Of a stretch of DNA of 64,000 nt, positions 17,139-25,436 are shown one piece after another. Within the stretch, counting starts at the first letter, position 1, and each line of letters opens with the position of its first letter. The position numbers and the translations under genes were made by a program. The stretch covers positions 5,245 through 69,244 of the forward strand of contig JABCTC010000011.1 in NCBI GenBank assembly GCA_018238545.1, given 5' to 3'. The notes below the pieces were generated by a model. It did not search any database and was not told the origin of the DNA. It saw only the letters and a list, made by a program, of their open reading frames with translations. The stretch is from Candidatus Heimdallarchaeota archaeon. Lineage in GTDB: Archaea; Asgardarchaeota; Heimdallarchaeia; Heimdallarchaeales; Heimdallarchaeaceae.

Positions 17139-18395
17139 TTAGCTTTGATTCAAGATTAACCTAACATTAAGATCAAGTTCTTCACCTTTCTTTGTTAGAC
17201 CTGTAATATATAATGTTTCATGGTTTCGTATTCCTTGTTCTTTCAATGTTGAATCCATTTCTACATCTACTGGGTCTTTTTTATCAATTATCCAAAATGA
17301 AGGTAAAAATTCAGGATCATAACTATATCCTCTGTTTTTTATGATAGTTAGTAAAACATCAACAGTTGCAGTTGCAGGTATTTTTACTTCTTCAATTATT
17401 GTAGCATTCCTACCACAGAGCATGCATTTCTTATTTGGTGGTTTTTCTATATAGAAGAATTTCCCTACTAATCCATTGTAAATAACATATTCAGGATTTA
17501 CAGTACCAAGTTCAATTCCTTTGAGATGGTGCATAAGTTTCAATGCTTCTTGTGATTGTAAAGAGGCTATTACAGCATTAATACTAATTATTGTTGGGTC
17601 GTGTTGGTCAACCATTTTCACAGCTTCATCCAAAGAAAATACCTTTTCAGAGGGGAAATGCTCTTTCACTAAGTTATTTGCATAGTTTATTACAAGATTC
17701 ATTTCTTCCAAAATGGTCGTATCAGGGGGTCTATTGTTCTTTGACTCAAAATATAGTTGTCCTTTCAACAAACAGTGAGATTTTTTTCTTGGTATTCCCA
17801 CTAGTGTACAAGCTGCTAAAGTTTCTCTTTCTCGTTCTTGCTGTGGATCACATTGAAGGCATGCATTTTCATCTGGCAAATAGGTGTAAACATGACCATA
17901 ATATGTTGCAGTTCCTCCATCAATCATTGGTTTCTTAAACTGAACCGCTCTTCGTATTAGCTCGTTTCTTGCTGTAACAGAATCTAAACCAGAAACATAC
18001 ATATCAGCTGTAGCATATACCTCTGGGTCAACATCTTCTAGATTGGAATGGTGCCAAATATATTTACTGTAAGGATTTATTTTCATTAGAGCTCTTGCTG
18101 CAACTTTAGCTTTAGGTTCTCCTTCATCTGCATCTGAGAAAAGTATTTGTCTATTAAGATTGGAATATTCAATAATATCTAAATCGATAAGGTGAATAGT
18201 TCCTACACCGGCCATAGCTAAGTTCTTTGCTATTTCTGTTCCCAATCCCCCAACTCCAACAATTAAAACCGTTGAATCTTTCAAAGCTTTCTGATTCCAT
18301 CCAGGTAATCTAAGTTGTCTATCAAAACGTATTCTCTCATCTTTTGAAAGGGTTTCATCGAAGAAATTAGATTTTTTTATGTTTTTTGCATTCAT
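17139..18395 (-). CDS. E1-like ubiquitin-activating enzyme (ThiF/MoeB/UBA adenylation domain with catalytic-Cys region and C-terminal Ub-fold-like domain)
   Basis: Motifs: GVGGLGTEIAKNLAMAGVG..IDLDIIEYSNLNRQILF, paired CxxC (CLQC, CMLCG), and the Cys segment LAACTLVGIP, which resembles the P-x-C-T motif of UBA enzymes. Confidence 0.85.
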   Translation of the reverse strand: MNAKNIKKSNFFDETLSKDERIRFDRQLRLPGWNQKALKDSTVLIVGVGGLGTEIAKNLAMAGVGTIHLIDLDIIEYSNLNRQILFSDADEGEPKAKVAARALMKINPYSKYIWHHSNLEDVDPEVYATADMYVSGLDSVTARNELIRRAVQFKKPMIDGGTATYYGHVYTYLPDENACLQCDPQQERERETLAACTLVGIPRKKSHCLLKGQLYFESKNNRPPDTTILEEMNLVINYANNLVKEHFPSEKVFSLDEAVKMVDQHDPTIISINAVIASLQSQEALKLMHHLKGIELGTVNPEYVIYNGLVGKFFYIEKPPNKKCMLCGRNATIIEEVKIPATATVDVLLTIIKNRGYSYDPEFLPSFWIIDKKDPVDVEMDSTLKEQGIRNHETLYITGLTKKGEELDLNVRLILNQS

Positions 18396-18526
18396 TTAAA
18401 GCACGCGTTCCATCTATCTATATTATTCAATGATAAATTCTGTGATATTTAAATTTAAATGTAGTTTTCAGTAGAAAAATAAAGAGACTCAATTAGAGTC
18501 TTCATTAAAAAATAAAAGATTAAGAA

Positions 18527-18886
18527 TTATCCTGCTGTTGAAACTGGGATCAGTAGAACTGTATCTCCATCTTCAACTCCATAATTTTCAAGAACATCGT
18601 CATTGTCACATGTTCTTCCAGCATGGGATAGATGGAATTCATCAGGTGGTAATCCAAAAATCTGGCTAACTGTATATTTTATATCACTAATTGGGGCATC
18701 AGTTGCTACAACAAGTTTTTCTTGTTTTGGACTTGGTCCAATGGTGCTTTGGAAATATACACTTATTTTCTTACCTGCTGGTGTTTTAGTCTTAGCAGGA
18801 GTTTTGGATTTTATCTCGGTTTCAATAACCTTTTCTTCTTCTTCTTCTTCTTCGTCAAAAGAAATTTCTTCAAATTCTTCGCTCAT
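18527..18886 (-). CDS. Ubiquitin-like beta-grasp protein with ~40-aa acidic/basic N-terminal extension; C-terminus ..STAG
   Basis: The C-terminal 55 aa align by eye with ubiquitin: ISDIKYTVSQIFGLPPDEFHLSHAGRTCDNDDVLENYGVEDGDTVLLIPVSTAG versus [54 protein letters not shown]. Confidence 0.8.
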   Translation of the reverse strand: MSEEFEEISFDEEEEEEEKVIETEIKSKTPAKTKTPAGKKISVYFQSTIGPSPKQEKLVVATDAPISDIKYTVSQIFGLPPDEFHLSHAGRTCDNDDVLENYGVEDGDTVLLIPVSTAG

Positions 18887-19141
18887 TTTTTTTCAATCCT
18901 GTTAGTTTACAAATACTATTATCGAATACAATTATTAAAAAATTACCTATATTATCCAAAATAACTGTTCTTATTTAAAAACTTAAATAAACCTAAAATC
19001 TTAATTAATAACAATAAAGTTACAAATTGGGGTTTAGATAGGTTTTCAAACAAATTAGTCAATATTTATTCAAAAGCTGAGGTTTGAAAACGTTCAAAAA
19101 TCAGTAAAAATATGAAAGGCTAGAACAGGTGTGACTTACAC

Positions 19142-19876
19142 ATGGGTAAAAGAAACAAAAAAAAAGGTATTTCGAATAAAGTTCCTAAGCAAAAATTCCC
19201 GTTCGATTCGAAAATCCCAAAACATAAATTGCCTAAAGATAAAATACCCAAAAGTCAAATAAGGGATGAAGATTTTTTCCCTCCAGAAAAAAGAAAAACT
19301 CGAAAAATAGAATCAAAGCCTGTAAGATCACAGCTCAGAGACAGTCGAGAATCAGGGAAAAATAAAGGGATTCCAAAAGAGAAGATTGTTTCTAAAATCC
19401 CAAAAAGTCAAAAATTTAAGCAAAACCGTAAAAATAGCAAAAACATACCAAAACAGAAGATACCTAAAACAAAAATCCCCAAACAGGACTCTTTTTCAAG
19501 AACAGAATCACCTAATTACATTCCACAAGAAGAAAAAGCTAAACCAAAGAAAAAGGAGTCTCTTCCACCTAGAAGAGAGAGGTTCAAAGAAATTGATTCT
19601 ATAGATTCTAAAGCACTAAAAAAAGAAGAGAAGAAAAAGAGAGAAGAAACACCTCCTTCTGATGATCGAGATAAATTTTCAGAAATTAAAGAATCAGATT
19701 CTCATTCACTACCAAAGGAAGAAAAAAGAGAAAAGAGAACAAGAGAAGCTCCTGCAACTTCCAATATTGAGGAAACAAAAAAGGATAAGATACCAAAACA
19801 AAAAATACCAAAACACAAAGTTCCAAGCCAAAAATATCCTAAACAAACTAAGAAACCAAAACAAAAAAGAAGCTAA
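19142..19876 (+). CDS. Highly basic, Lys/Pro-rich repeat protein ([IV]PKxK repeats), predicted disordered
   Basis: Repeats include VPKQKFP, KIPKHKLPKDKIPKSQ, NIPKQKIPKTKIPKQ and KIPKQKIPKHKVPSQKYPKQTKKPKQK. The A-rich DNA also gives spurious alternate-frame ORFs. Confidence 0.6.
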   Translation: MGKRNKKKGISNKVPKQKFPFDSKIPKHKLPKDKIPKSQIRDEDFFPPEKRKTRKIESKPVRSQLRDSRESGKNKGIPKEKIVSKIPKSQKFKQNRKNSKNIPKQKIPKTKIPKQDSFSRTESPNYIPQEEKAKPKKKESLPPRRERFKEIDSIDSKALKKEEKKKREETPPSDDRDKFSEIKESDSHSLPKEEKREKRTREAPATSNIEETKKDKIPKQKIPKHKVPSQKYPKQTKKPKQKRS

Positions 19877-19894
19877 ATAGAGATAAGATATTAC

Positions 19895-20473
19895 TCATAC
19901 AAATATAGCCATAATAGCTGAGTAGAGATAAATTATCCCAGAAATTAGTAGAAAGAAATTTTCAAAATATGTTACTGATGTAACAATATAAATGGTGGGG
20001 ATAATTAACATTAGTAAAAATCCAGCAAATTTAGGATTCGTCCCTTTTTCACTTGTACTTCTAAATCTAATGAATGGATATCTAATAAAGGTTCTAAAAA
20101 GCAAAAATGTACTATATAGATAATATGGTAATAAAAGAAAATCAACAGCATTGATTTCCCTGAAACTTTCATCAGGAAACCCACTAATTGTAACTATACC
20201 AAAATCATTTACACCAAAGAGTATTTGAGCTAGCAATATTAAAACTGGAACAATGGGCAAAATAAAAACGTAAATAAATTCGTTGAATGTGGCTTTATGT
20301 TTTAAATAGAACAAACTTCGAATTACATAGAATAAGGATATGAAGACATATATGGATAAGAAAATGAAAAATTTGCCTAAGTCAACATTTCCCTCAATGA
20401 AATAGTATATGGAGACACCTACTAAGGATAACGATGTTATAAATGATGCTGTTATATGTGTCCAAGTACCCAT
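19895..20473 (-). CDS. Multi-pass membrane protein, paralogous to the TM domain of the adjacent RING-like protein
   Basis: 192 aa with about 6 hydrophobic segments. It shares the block LKHKATFNEFIYVFILPIVPVLILL with KKHKAILASTQFLLLPFVILLMG of 20534-21640. Confidence 0.6.
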   Translation of the reverse strand: MGTWTHITASFITSLSLVGVSIYYFIEGNVDLGKFFIFLSIYVFISLFYVIRSLFYLKHKATFNEFIYVFILPIVPVLILLAQILFGVNDFGIVTISGFPDESFREINAVDFLLLPYYLYSTFLLFRTFIRYPFIRFRSTSEKGTNPKFAGFLLMLIIPTIYIVTSVTYFENFFLLISGIIYLYSAIMAIFV

Positions 20474-20533
20474 TTTTTGACCTCAATATTTTCTAGATTA
20501 GAAGTATTTAATCTCTAGCTTTCCGCACTCATT

Positions 20534-21640
20534 TCATAATTTGTTTACTACTCTTTCAATATAGATCTTTGTTGTGATTCTGTATTTAGGATTTCTTACA
20601 TATGAATTTGAAATTGGTTTATTACATCTTGCACAATATTTTGAATTTTGGTACCAGCTTCTGAATTCATCTTCATGTGCTGGATATTTGCAATGAGGAC
20701 AGAGGATTATTTTTCTTGTATCCTTCTTCTCAAAATCCATGAAACATATTATACATTTTACTTCTTCTTTACTAGCCTTACCATTTGGGAAATAATCACG
20801 AACTGTAGTTTTAGTTTTAGTGGTTTTTGTGGATTTCTTAGTTTTCTTTCTGGTTGTTACTTCAATACCAGGAGCAATTTTAGCACTTCTTCTAGCTCTA
20901 GAAACTGACTTTGTGGTTCTAGTTCTTGTTGGAGAGGATAGTTGTCTGCTTCTGGAAGTTTGAGAAGAAGACCTTCGAACTGTAGTTGATGAGGTTCTTG
21001 CCCTAGTAGAGCTTCTGCTAGGAGAACTACTAGACATTATTACTGTACGTCTTTCTGATTTTATCAGTCTAACAAATATGAAATATCTAAAAATGAAAAC
21101 TAAGTATATAATTGTGAAAATGAGACTAACTAGATCAATTTTCCCGTTTATAAAAAATCCTAGTAGAATCGTGAAAACAAAAACACTATGAATTAATAAA
21201 GGAATAATTCTTTTTTTCCTCACTTTTCGTCTAATTGCTATTGCTGGCCATTTTCCCGAATAATAATTATTGAAATGCATAGTTAATATAATAACTGGGA
21301 CAATTAAAGATAAAGAAATTAAATTGAAGAATATCTCTACTGCATTCCCACTAGAAGATATCAAAAACATCTCGTAAGTTGCTGCAAACGAAGTGATGTA
21401 ATTGCCCATCAGAAGTATAACAAAAGGGAGAAGTAGGAATTGAGTACTAGCAAGAATAGCTTTGTGTTTCTTATAGTGTCTCCTTTCTAGGAGGTACCTT
21501 AATGCTACAACGACATACAAAGTGATGAAAAAAATCGTCAGCATTATAGGTGTTTCACTCTGGATTATAACATAGAGTATTCCAACAACTAACCCAACAA
21601 TTCCGATTGCTAGATAAGTTTTGAAATTATTTAACTCCAA
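20534..21640 (-). CDS. Multi-pass membrane protein with Ser/Arg/Thr-rich linker and C-terminal RING-like zinc finger (candidate E3 ligase)
   Basis: C-terminal CIICFMDFEKKDTRKIILCPHCKYPAHEDEFRSWYQNSKYCARC has a cross-brace-like Cys/His pattern. It sits inside the Ub-type gene cluster. Confidence 0.7.
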   Translation of the reverse strand: MELNNFKTYLAIGIVGLVVGILYVIIQSETPIMLTIFFITLYVVVALRYLLERRHYKKHKAILASTQFLLLPFVILLMGNYITSFAATYEMFLISSSGNAVEIFFNLISLSLIVPVIILTMHFNNYYSGKWPAIAIRRKVRKKRIIPLLIHSVFVFTILLGFFINGKIDLVSLIFTIIYLVFIFRYFIFVRLIKSERRTVIMSSSSPSRSSTRARTSSTTVRRSSSQTSRSRQLSSPTRTRTTKSVSRARRSAKIAPGIEVTTRKKTKKSTKTTKTKTTVRDYFPNGKASKEEVKCIICFMDFEKKDTRKIILCPHCKYPAHEDEFRSWYQNSKYCARCNKPISNSYVRNPKYRITTKIYIERVVNKL

Positions 21641-21666
21641 TTAAAATACAACTCATATAATTTTTA

Positions 21667-22395
21667 TTAAGATTTATCCTCTTTATTTTTCATGAAAGTG
21701 TTTATAGACTCATAACACGCTTCACTACTCATTCCTTGAACTTCAACAGATAGCTGATAATACTTTTGTTTGTCTTGATGAATGCGAAATACACCAATCC
21801 CATAATCCTCTGGTGAGAGCATCAGGGGGTCGATAACAAGTGCTATAGATTTGTTCCAAAATGTTTGATATCTTAGATGTGTTCTGTAGTCATCACCACT
21901 CAAGAATGGAGTGTAACTTGGATGGGAATGAGCCCAACCGATTATGAAATGCTCGTTACCTTTCTTGTGGAAGATTTCTGTAAATATGTTTTGATCAACA
22001 ATTTCTACGCTTACAGCATCTCCTTGATCAACAGGCCAGTAATCCTCAACAATGATTTGCTCTAGCGGTGTTTCTTCATCGCTAATTTTTCCTGTAAGTA
22101 ATCCAATTACTTCTACCCATTTCTTCTTAGGGATAGAATCATTAGCATAAGATAAAGCATGTTTTGCAAGTTTTAGATAAGCTTTGGGCTTCAATACAAT
22201 CTCTGAAATAGGTTTGATTTGAAGTATATCTTCAGTTATGGTTTCTTCGCTAATTTCTTTAGCTTCCTTTTCCTTTTCCTCTACAATTTTATCAACTTTG
22301 TACAATTCTAGAGTTTTTTCAATTGCTTCAATTTTCTCAAGGAGTTTTTTATATTCAGCAGGATAATTGGTTCCATCATCTTCCATAATTTTCAC
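21667..22395 (-). CDS. JAMM/MPN+ metalloprotease (Rpn11/CSN5-like isopeptidase)
   Basis: Complete JAMM motif: E (WVEVIGLLTG) followed by HSHPSYTPFLSGDD, which matches H-x-H-x7-S-x2-D. Confidence 0.85.
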   Translation of the reverse strand: MKIMEDDGTNYPAEYKKLLEKIEAIEKTLELYKVDKIVEEKEKEAKEISEETITEDILQIKPISEIVLKPKAYLKLAKHALSYANDSIPKKKWVEVIGLLTGKISDEETPLEQIIVEDYWPVDQGDAVSVEIVDQNIFTEIFHKKGNEHFIIGWAHSHPSYTPFLSGDDYRTHLRYQTFWNKSIALVIDPLMLSPEDYGIGVFRIHQDKQKYYQLSVEVQGMSSEACYESINTFMKNKEDKS

Positions 22396-22418
22396 AACAA
22401 ATTAATTATATTTTAGAT

Positions 22419-22952
22419 TTACCAGTATGATTTTGCATACTTTTTACTTATTGTACTCGCTTTTTTGATGAATTTCTTTTTGTTATTTAAAAATTCCAAA
22501 GCCGCTTCTTTGTTAAATACATCTTTGGGATTTACATAAGCTCCTTCGACATTAAACATGGCAAGTATTGAGTGAATGACAGTAGTGATGCTTTTGGATG
22601 GAGACCAACCATCGTGTTTTCCTACTAAATCATTATCTACAAGAGCGAGACAAATATTTCTTTTCTTTGGATATTCTTTTGGATTAGGCCAGAAATTAGG
22701 ATGCCAAATAGGTGTGTGAAGTCTTACAAATGGAGGTTTGTAAGGATAATTTGGTCCAAAGAATATTTCTAATTTATATTTACCTCCAGCATAAGGAGTC
22801 CCCTTAGGAGCTTTGAATCCTATAGCTAGATGATCCATTGACTTCTTAGCTTTGGGGAATGATTTTACTTGCGCAACTATGCCTTCTTTATGTAATTTCC
22901 TCAAGGCTTCGTAATCTTTTATGACTCTTTGTTTTCTAATTTTTATCACCAT
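22419..22952 (-). CDS. E2 ubiquitin-conjugating enzyme (UBC fold)
   Basis: YPYKPPFVRLHTPIWHPNF contains the HPN motif, followed by the catalytic Cys in RNICLALV. Confidence 0.85.
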   Translation of the reverse strand: MVIKIRKQRVIKDYEALRKLHKEGIVAQVKSFPKAKKSMDHLAIGFKAPKGTPYAGGKYKLEIFFGPNYPYKPPFVRLHTPIWHPNFWPNPKEYPKKRNICLALVDNDLVGKHDGWSPSKSITTVIHSILAMFNVEGAYVNPKDVFNKEAALEFLNNKKKFIKKASTISKKYAKSYW

Positions 22953-23109
22953 ACAACTTGAAATATAATAAAGTAAATCACTATTTATTTACAATACATT
23001 TACACTATCTGCACTCTTAACGGAAATATAAAAGACTTTGCAAACTATCAATCAAAACCATGAAGAGCGGTTGGGAAACTGTTTTAATTAATGAATACTT
23101 TTACTATCT

Positions 23110-23802
23110 ATGAGCGTATTTCATATTGTAGGAAATGAATTGATTCCAATCACGGAGCCTTATCAGTTTCTTAATGGTGATGTCTATATTATTGAAACAA
23201 AAAACAATCTGTGGATATGGTTAGGTTCTAAATCTTTTGCTGATGAAAAATTTATTGGTTCTTGGGGAGCAAAGAAAATCGAAAGTCAAAATAAGGAGCT
23301 GAAAATTGAAACCATCAATCAAGGTTTCGAGCCTGCAGAGTTTAAGGAACAGATTGCCTTTGAAATTGTTGAAGGAGATACCTTAGGTTTTCTCAAATCA
23401 ATTGACACAAAATATGAGAAAGATTTCAGATTGCTTCAGATTAAGGAGGATGATGAAGGAGCAGTGATAGTTTCAGAACTACCTATTGAACACAAACACT
23501 TTCAATCCGATGATGCTTTTGTTCTAGATGCTTACAGCGTTCTTTATGTCTGGATTGGTAAAGATAGTCAGGTTAAAGAGAAATATGAAGCTGGAAGAAT
23601 CACTAGACTGTTAGAAGTAGAGAGAAAAAGATTTCCAATTATTTATGTAATCGAAGAAGAGAACGAACCTGATGGTTTTCGTGAGCTTCTCTACAAATTG
23701 GGATTAAGGGATGGAATTATGGAATTAAGAAGGACAGTGAAAAGAGTAGACGAGAAAAAAGGTTCTACATCCAAAAAATGGTGGCAGTTCTGGAAAAGAT
23801 GA
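23110..23802 (+). CDS. Two-domain gelsolin/villin-like actin-regulator homolog with basic Trp-rich tail
   Basis: Two gelsolin-repeat cores, GDVYIIETKNNLWIWLGSKS and DDAFVLDAYSVLYVWIGKDS. The tail ends KKWWQFWKR. Confidence 0.7.
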   Translation: MSVFHIVGNELIPITEPYQFLNGDVYIIETKNNLWIWLGSKSFADEKFIGSWGAKKIESQNKELKIETINQGFEPAEFKEQIAFEIVEGDTLGFLKSIDTKYEKDFRLLQIKEDDEGAVIVSELPIEHKHFQSDDAFVLDAYSVLYVWIGKDSQVKEKYEAGRITRLLEVERKRFPIIYVIEEENEPDGFRELLYKLGLRDGIMELRRTVKRVDEKKGSTSKKWWQFWKR

Positions 23803-23923
23803 TTCTTTTCCTCCTTCTCAAAACCAAATGCTTCCTAAATAAGAATAAAACGCAATTTCGTAAAGCTATTTAAACCGAAATATTTTCTCTGTTTTTATAT
23901 GGAAAAGTCATTTTACTTATGAA

Positions 23924-24124
23924 ATGATGAGCGAACTTTTTACTGAACAACATGAAATTGCAGAGTGTAGTGTAGATGGAGAAAAATGGTTTGACATCTC
24001 AGAAACAGCAGCTCTGTTCTCCATAAATGATCATTATCTTTTGAAAGAATTGGATGCGGTTTTAAATCATTATAATAAAGGACACATTGTTCCTGTCGAA
24101 TACATTCTATATCGAAAAAAATAG
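23924..24124 (+). CDS. Hypothetical small protein
   Basis: 66-aa ORF in an otherwise empty gap; no motifs recognised. Confidence 0.3.
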   Translation: MMSELFTEQHEIAECSVDGEKWFDISETAALFSINDHYLLKELDAVLNHYNKGHIVPVEYILYRKK

Positions 24125-24136
24125 CTAGAATTCTTT

Positions 24137-24661
24137 TCAGAAAATCTTTGAGACGTCCTCCCACACATAGCCTACTTCTTCGTATACAATGCCCCATTTC
24201 TCAACTCTTTGAGTTTCTTTTGGCATCCCACCTAATTTTTCATAAAAAAGGCTGTTGGTGTTTCCTTTCAGAATCCAGACTATCATTGATTTAAAACGCT
24301 TATCAACAAAGAAATCTACTATTTGTTCAGTTAATCTACTTCCCAATTTCTTTCTCTGATATTCCTTCAAGATATAGATTATGCTCAAATTGCAATCATA
24401 ACGAAAGATTCTATCGTCATTTTTTCTTCCTGCTGCGATGCCTACAATTTCCTTGTCATCATTTTCTGCAACAAGAGCTAAGCTTGTATAGGTTTTTGAG
24501 ATACTATCAAGGTTTCTAGCCCACCTTGTGGTTTCTTCTTCAACTGAAAGATTATCCAGAACTTCATCTGGAAATAATCCCTCATAGGTCGTCTTCCACG
24601 AATTCACTTTTACTTTGGCTATTCCAGCTGCATCAGCTGTTGTCGCTTCTCTAATCAACAT
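24137..24661 (-). CDS. GNAT-family N-acetyltransferase
   Basis: Acetyl-CoA binding segment ILKEYQRKKLGSRL (R/Q-x-x-G-x-G/A type), typical GNAT size of 174 aa. Confidence 0.75.
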   Translation of the reverse strand: MLIREATTADAAGIAKVKVNSWKTTYEGLFPDEVLDNLSVEEETTRWARNLDSISKTYTSLALVAENDDKEIVGIAAGRKNDDRIFRYDCNLSIIYILKEYQRKKLGSRLTEQIVDFFVDKRFKSMIVWILKGNTNSLFYEKLGGMPKETQRVEKWGIVYEEVGYVWEDVSKIF

Positions 24662-24705
24662 TGTTTACTTTAAGTATTATAATAATAAAAAGATGATGCA
24701 TGATT

Positions 24706-25185
24706 TTATTCATCATTAAATTGATATCCACTTTTCTTCCAGGTTTTGTACATAGTAGGGTTTTTCTTCAGAAATTCATCCCTTTCTTTCTTTGGCACTC
24801 GATTTAAAATACATGAGAAGTTCACGCAATCCTTGCAAACATACAGTTGAATAAAAATATACCATAGTGTTATACCGAATATTGTTATGCCTAGAAAAAT
24901 CCACAATTGCCCTATTGTCAGAAATACCATTGGAATCAAGAAGATAAGATTTGCACCCACAAGAAACTGTGCATTCTCGAATTTACTCATAGGACCTGGT
25001 TTAAATTTAGATGTTTTCAAAAATCCATAATTGATTGAGCAATGCAATGTTTTGCTCTTACCTTCAGCATAATACGGACAATGAGAACACAGTATTTGAG
25101 GTTCCCATACAAGGAAGAAAAACATGATATAACCCACCCAAGAGAGTATAGATATGAGATTCAAAGGAAATCCTAAAAGTATCAA
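24706..25185 (-). CDS. Cys-rich integral membrane protein, unknown function (possible longer gene interrupted by an in-frame TAG, see findings)
   Basis: Hydrophobic segments plus CSHCPYY and CKDCVNFSC motifs. The ORF-track start is a TTG. Confidence 0.5.
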   Translation of the reverse strand: MILLGFPLNLISILSWVGYIMFFFLVWEPQILCSHCPYYAEGKSKTLHCSINYGFLKTSKFKPGPMSKFENAQFLVGANLIFLIPMVFLTIGQLWIFLGITIFGITLWYIFIQLYVCKDCVNFSCILNRVPKKERDEFLKKNPTMYKTWKKSGYQFNDE

Positions 25186-25436
25186 ACCTACAAATGCAGG
25201 TATAAATGCAATTGAAAAAGGTATACCAAATATTATCTAATATTTAATATTCATATGGCAATGTAATCTACCTTTCAATCCACAATCAGAACAATTTTCT
25301 TTACTCTCCCAAATGCAAATGTCGTGAGGATTTTTGATTGTCACGATAATGAAATACTGTCTGAATTTTTAAGTATTTGTTAAAATTATTTAGAAACATA
25401 TTTATTAGCTGATAGGGGTATATTACATGTTTACAG

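Noticed and set aside
19386-19880. Two 72-aa ORFs in alternate + frames of the Lys-rich repeat gene
   Set aside because: They are a by-product of A-rich repetitive DNA (AAA/AAG/CAA codons read out of frame). Only the long 244-aa frame spans the whole interval.
22953-23109. Specific BRE/TATA promoter calls in the divergent E2/gelsolin intergenic region and elsewhere
   Set aside because: TATA-like words (TTTATTATAT, AAATAAATAG and similar) are abundant in this AT-rich DNA. Without transcription start data I cannot distinguish real boxes from background.
23924-23990. Possible C/D-box sRNA: ATGATGA at 23924-23930, followed 12 nt later by CTGA
   Set aside because: The C to D' spacing is right, but I found no acceptable C' box or terminal D box (CTGA) at the expected distance, and no terminal stem. 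The motif also coincides with the ATG ATG AGC start of a small ORF.
25237-25239. Interpreting the in-frame TAG as pyrrolysine
   Set aside because: No pylS, pylT or pylBCD genes, and no methylamine methyltransferase, are visible in this window. A single TAG cannot support recoding, so it is reported only as an observation to check.
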